From: Azolla caroliniana
Taxonomy: Eukaryota > Plantae > Polypodiophyta
Direction of reading: 5' to 3'
Assembly (NCBI GenBank): GCA_043228905.1
Contig: JBHGNT010000018.1
Location: 4,526,001-4,590,000, forward strand
DNA: 64,000 bases
This document shows positions 58,115 through 64,000 of this stretch, one piece after another; the first letter of the stretch is position 1; each line of letters opens with the position of its first letter. The position numbers and the translations under genes were made by a program. Below the pieces are notes generated by a model, which worked only from the letters and a program-made list of their open reading frames with translations, was not told where the DNA came from and made no database searches.

Positions 58115-61100
58115 CAGTGTTGGGCAAAGTCCCAGGAATAGTGTTAGCGTTCCGGTTGGGTTGGGACTTTTGCCGGCCAAGGTGGGGGACAACCGGAATT
58201 GATTCTGGCCAAGTTTTCCTACCAACCGGAATCTAGCCGGTTCATATTTTTTGAACCGGCTATTTATATAGTTTATGTAAAAAATAAAGGTAAAAAAAAG
58301 TTTATATATATATATTTCATGTTTTTCCCCTTTTTTTGTTTTACTTTCCCCCCTCTTTTTGTTTTTCTCCCTCTCTGTCGTTGTCTGATTTCCTGCTACT
58401 CCCTCCTTGCTCGTTACTCCCTCCTCGTTGCTCACTGCTCCCTCTTCATTGCTCGTTGCCGTTCCTCCTTCCTCCTTCCTAGTTGTTCATTAACAACTGC
58501 TTGTTATTCATTGTTCATTCACTGCTCACTACTCACTGCCCACAGCTCGTTGCTTCTCCCTCGTTGATTGTCGGCGGCCTCTCATCACTCAGAAATTACT
58601 GCTCGTCACTCGCTGATTGCCGCTCGTCACTTGTCGCCCATCATTCGTCACTCAACTCTCACCACTCGACGATTCATTGATTTTAGATGTCTCCACCAAC
58701 ACATTGATTGAATGGATGAGAAGGAATTGAGCCAGTACATAAGTGTTGTCTTTATGCGCCAAGTAAGAGACTTTAAATCTCCCACCAATTCATTCTAACT
58801 GTTGCTTATTTAAACATTGAAATTGATCCAATGTATAAACATGGTGATGTCATGATAAACCACTTGCTTTTCAATGGATACCAAGCCAAGCCTTGTGCAA
58901 TGAGTTTCATGTTTGGTTCATTATATATTCAAAGATTTAGATCATGTAAATTTACAACTACTCCTAAAGCATTGTTGTATAAAAGCGATCCATGTTAACC
59001 TTTAACAAAAAATTGGAGTCACATAATTTAGGGATTTTGGTGGTAAAGTAAGGGATCATGTATTATTTTGGCATTTGCATCCCGCTTCACCTTATTGATG
59101 TGGTTATAAGGTTGGACGATGTCATATTGCAATTTGTATGTGTTTTATGTTTCCATTGACATGTCTTGTAGTAGTTTTGGCAAACTAAAATGAAATAGGA
59201 GAAATTTTGATAAGAGGTATATTACAATATCAACGAAAGTAGAACCTATCATAAATATGACCTTGTGCATAATTTCTATTTCACTATTACTTGATTATAC
59301 TATATCTTTTGAAATATTTTTCTCGAAAGAAGATCAACCGAAGACTTTGTATAGAGGAAAAGAAACATACATTTACATCTATTGCGCATTTGTGGCAACA
59401 TAATGAACTAAAACACATTTCTGAAATGTTAAGCTCCCTCATTATACAAAAACCTCGTTGGTTTGGTATCTTCGTTTGAATGAATTGTAAGAATAGTGAT
59501 GATGATATACTAAACATCCATTAGAGACCATCAATTATTACAAAATGTCTCTTGAACATTGTAAGGCAAAGATGTGGGATCATTGCAAAGTATGTGCATT
59601 GGAGAAGCGGATTACATCTTCATGCTTCTTTTTAGTGGGTGAACATGAACTTGTGAAGATGTAATGGAACTAGGTGTGGAAAGAGATTTGCTCTTCTTCA
59701 TCATCATCATCAAGGGGCTACTATGATAAACAAATTAACGAATATGAAATACTATTTACTTATTACAATATAACTAGATGAACCAACAAATTTGAGATGA
59801 GAATCATCATGTAATTCAAACACATGTAGTGGACGATAGGTTGAAAATTGGGAGGGAATTATGTACAACAAATTATCTTAGCACAAGAAAAGCATAGAAA
59901 GATGATGGGAATAGACAAGAATAAATCACAAGGAGGCATGTATATTCTATTACTACCTCGCATTCGTATTGTCATCTTGTTTGTGATCTCTAAAGTGTAT
60001 CTCAAAATCTTTCCTACTAGATGCATTTTGTGGGAAAATGAATTTCTTGACATATTTGAAATGATTTTAGCTATGATTTCCTTCTTTTTGACATATTTCT
60101 TGTTTGGAAATTTACATTAGCAGCATGTGATTTTATGTGTTGAATATGATGTCTTTCTTGGCCGTTGCAAATCAATTTCTGTCCATTACTCCCATTTGTA
60201 AATCAATTCTAATTTATATCTTAAGTTTTTGTGATCTCTAAAGCGTATCTCAAAATCTCAGTGTTCTAAACTAGAGCTTATTTAATGTGGGTAAGCTAAT
60301 GTGAGCCATCCTCTTTCTTCTTTATTTTCTGATAGATTGGAAGGTCCATAGTGGAAAATTGATCCTTTATTGCCTCGGAAACTTCAAATATCCCAGGTAT
60401 CTTAATTTGTTTTTTCTTTTTGGAAACATGGATTGTGTATGTAGGTTTCGCCTATTATGTTAGTCAAACATTCTCTGCATTATTGTTACAGACTTATAGT
60501 ATGTCCCAAAACAAGAATATGAAAGGCAAAGGAAAGCAAATTAGCCTCTTTACAATGCCTGGCTTTAGGAAAAACTTGCCATCTAAAGAAGATGTGTCTC
60601 TAGAAGAGCCTATAAAGGACCATCAACACTCCGAAGAATTACTTCATGAGATGAATAGAATTAGTAAGGCCAAACTAAAATTTCAAGAAGATTGGCTTAC
60701 TCAATTTAAGTGGCTTCAAGAGGATTTAGAAACTGGTCTTTTATGGTGTAGTTATTGTAGGAGTGATCCTCATAGTAAGTCTTCATTTGGCAAAACAGGT
60801 GCCAAAAACTTTAAGACTTCTGCATTAGAAGAACATACAAGAAGTGTGGCCCATCGAGATGCCATTTTGTTACAAGAACGTGACAAGAATGGTCTTGAAA
60901 AATGTGCATAAAAAAGAAAAGCAAGTGTGGATGTAGCAATTGAAAAATTGTTTAAATGTGCATATTTTATAGCTAAAGAGGATTTAGCATTTAGAAAATT
61001 GGAAGGCCTCTTACGATTGTTAAGAGAATGTGGTGTGGAAGGCCTTCCACGAATGTATAACGATAATAAGGCTTGTGCAAGCTTTATCTTGCACATTAGC

Positions 61101-63088
61101 AAGGCTCTTGAAGCTGAGATCTATGATAGGTTGAGGAAAAGTCCTTGGTTTGGGCTTATGGTAGATGAAGCTACCGATATAAGCGTAACCAAGAACTTGA
61201 TTCTTTATGCTACATTTGTGGAAGGAAGGCAAGTAAGAACCTCTTATTTGGGGTTACTTGAAGTAGAGGATGGTACATCAAACACAATAACAGAAAGCAT
61301 TTTAGCATTATTAAAAAAGTGGAACTTAGATGTTAGAAAAATGATGGGATTCGGAAGTGATGGAGCATCTGTTATGGTAGGTATGTCTACAGGTGTTGCT
61401 ACAAGATTGAAGTCATATAACCCATTTATGACTTCCTTACATTGTTGTGCACATCGAACAAACTTGTGTGTGCAAGAGGCTTCAAAGAACATTGAAGTCA
61501 AAGAAACATGTAAGCAGTTAGATGCCCTTGTGAATCGGGTGGCTGCACATTTCTCGAGGAGCTCACTACGCCAATGTGAATTAACTAAGATGCAAGATGC
61601 ACTAGAATACACACATTTGCATATTCTTGGGATTGTGAAAACACGATGGCTTAGTCGGCATGGTGCTATCATGAGGGTATGTGATGTGTATGAACCCTTG
61701 ATGAAGACTTTACAATCGCAAAGTGATGCATACAATGTATTCGTAAGTTTAAGAAACTTCAAAGTAGTGTATATGCTTCACTTTCTTGCAGATGTACTTA
61801 AGATCATGTCAATGTTAAGTATGGAATTCCAAAAGGAATATGTGGATGTGACATGCATTGGAGGTTTGGCTATGATAGCCATTGGGGAGATCAAAGAACA
61901 ATTTCTCCATCATGTTATGATGGATCTAAATGGTTTTGAGAAGGATAGCTATAGTTATCCAATTATTCCAGAATATGGTAGAGAAAAAGGAATGCTTTCA
62001 GTTTTAAGAGATGCTATTAAAGGTAATATGTATAAAAGCATCCTCATGGATAGATGTATTGATGGTGAGGACTTCATTGAAGCCATACAATTCCAAACTT
62101 TGTTTTCTAAGGCATTAATAAAGACAATAAAAAAGAGGCTTCAAGATCCGGTAACTCTTTGCGCATTGAAAATGTTATCACCAATGAACATGTCTACCGG
62201 ATCTACAAGCATTTTAGCACGAAAAACTATGGGTCTTAATGAGTTGAAAACACTTGAAAATTTTTATGGCATTCAAAAAATGGTAGATGGGAGAGCGTTT
62301 TCTCCCATAATTGATAATGATAAATTGTATGATGAATATGCAATTTTCAAAAGGCAAGCTACCACGGAATGGCTTGGAAGAGATTTCTTAGATGTTTGGG
62401 GTATGATAAATTGTAATGATGTGTGGAAAGAAAAGCTACCCGAACTTCTAAAGATTGCATTGATAGGTTTAATCCAATGTTCTTCTACAACAGCGTGTGA
62501 GAGAGGCTTTAGTCGCCTAAATCTAATAAAAAATAAGTTTAGAAATAGGCTGAAAAACAATGCGATTGATGCATTGATACGAATCTCTATTGAAGGACCT
62601 GAACTAGAAGAACATGACTTCAATGCTAGCATTTTGTTGTGGTGAGAAAGCAAGGCATATCGTCATATTTTTACAGGAACTTCTCATGAGCATGATGATG
62701 AGATCGAGGACTTCATAGAAGATATAGATTAAAACTTTATAAATGTGATCGATTTTGTTTTGGAACTTTCTATATATTACATCTAATTTGATCTAATATG
62801 TTGTTAATGCTACTTTACAAAGGTTTGAAAAGTGAAATATGTTTATAAAGTTAGATTTTTTTTTGGAAAATATATATCTTTAGTTTTTAGGTTCCAAAAT
62901 TTTGTAATTGATTTGATTTGGTATTGCATTAGATTTTTTTTTTGTTATGCGGCCAAAAAAATTTTCAACATGTTCCGGTTGACATTGTTGTTGGTAGGAA
63001 CGTGGCCGGCCAAAATTTTAAAATTCCGGTTAGGTTCATGAGAAGCAGGACAATTTCCGGTAGGGGCTACAAACTTTGCCTAACACTG
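58115..63088 (+). mobile_element. hAT DNA transposon (4974 bp)
   Basis: TIR CAGTGTT(G/A)GGCAAAGT, 15/16 match; 8-bp TSD GTCTGTAT at 58107-58114 and 63089-63096; subterminal CCGG-containing motifs. Confidence 0.96.
60501..62732 (+). pseudogene. ZNF862-like hAT transposase with two in-frame stops (60909-60911, 62643-62645)
   Basis: WCSYC...H...H zinc finger; VDEATD, GSDGASVM, HCCAH, TRWLS, TACERGFS. Confidence 0.9.
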
Positions 63089-63626
63089 GTCTGTATAAAG
63101 TTAAATAAAGTATAATATAATTACAATCATTACCAAGCCATATATATGTTGGTTTAAAGTTAAAACCATTGGTTAATTAATGGCACCCATATTTTATATA
63201 GAACTTCTCAATCATTGGTTCATTCATGCCCACCATTTTAAATATAAGACTTTTCAATTATTGGTTCATTCATGGCCACATCTTTACTATAAAGCAATTA
63301 AGAATCATAAAAATGTTGCTTTGAGTATTCAATCATTGGTTCATTCATGAACCTTTATCATTGCTTCCTTCATGACCTTCAAAGTCATTACATCTTAGTT
63401 TGACTATAAAATAATCATTATTATGTTAGTTTGACTATTTAATCATTGATGCATTCATAAAGCATCATTTATTTCAAATCCATTAGAGAGTGATTGGTGC
63501 ACTCAAGATTAGGTACTAAATAAAGTAACTCTGGTTAAAGTGATTGTGGTTACTAACTAACTAACCTTAAGGTTGCCAACCCTCATTAAAGTGACTGTGG
63601 TTACTTTAACCACTGTGGTCAATCCC

Positions 63627-63634
63627 TATAAATA
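63627..63634 (+). promoter_or_regulatory. TATA box of a plus-strand gene that runs out of the window
   Basis: CTATAAATAGG followed by a CA-rich leader and CCACCATG. Confidence 0.55.
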
Positions 63635-63776
63635 GGAAGACCTCCTCATATTTTAATCACACGAAGCACACGCGCAAAACAAAGCACAAGAGCACAAGAG
63701 AACACAAAGCAAACAAAGCACACAGAGCACGAAGCACCAAACTGAGATCTCCCCCTAAGCATCGACAACGTCCACC

Positions 63777-63816
63777 ATGTCTTCAAAGAAAAGCGAGCGT
63801 CAAGACTCCAGTCCAG
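63777..63816 (+). CDS. Putative first coding exon (MSSKKSERQDSSP) of an unknown gene
   Basis: CCACCATG start context; CAG|GTAAGC donor at 63817. Confidence 0.45.
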
Positions 63817-63863
63817 GTAAGCATCTGACACTCTGGACATTTTTGTGAATATGTTTTAACACT

Positions 63864-63998
63864 CAAGAACTCGATACGCCGTATCGAGTTCCTGTATAAA
63901 GTTTGCGTTTTCAACAAGAACTCGATACGCCGTATCAAGTTCTTGTATTATGTTCGTGTTTTATAGAGGAACTCGATACGGCGTAACGAGTTCTTGTA
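63864..63998. repeat. 51-bp-period array of palindromic units, reaching the window end
   Basis: GAACTCGATACG-N-CGTATCGAGTTC (or close variants) starts at 63867, 63918 and 63969. Confidence 0.9.
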
Positions 63999-64000
63999 TA

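Noticed and set aside
63864-64000. CRISPR array
   Set aside because: Eukaryotic context, no cas genes, linkers are short and resemble each other; better described as a palindromic minisatellite.

Overview
Repeat-dense plant nuclear DNA; the TE mix (Tcn1-like chromovirus, two-ORF RTE-X-like LINEs, Sola-like transposase) suggests a non-seed plant such as a fern, which is an inference. One host gene is present: an intact 11-exon P4-ATPase (ALA-type phospholipid flippase, about 1221 aa, minus strand, 41126-23989) with an 11.8-kb TE-filled intron 8. Positions 746-13866 hold a three-level nest: a Ty3/gypsy chromovirus containing a Ty1/copia element (itself carrying two solo LTRs) and a hAT MITE. 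Also present are two very young full-length copia elements (15579-20934, 51632-56894), a deleted copia, a LINE nested in an older LINE of its own family, an L1-like fragment, a ZNF862-like hAT transposon, a Sola/DUF7869-like transposase pseudogene and several MITEs. Most element ends are fixed by target-site duplications (TSDs). The most unusual signals are: tRNA-like A/B-box modules in the U3 regions of two unrelated LTRs; a Tf1-style self-priming signature in the chromovirus; a duplicated polypurine tract (PPT) bracketing a pol extension; and a palindromic 51-bp array in the first intron of a candidate gene divergent from the Sola-like transposase. All comparisons and difference counts were made by eye.
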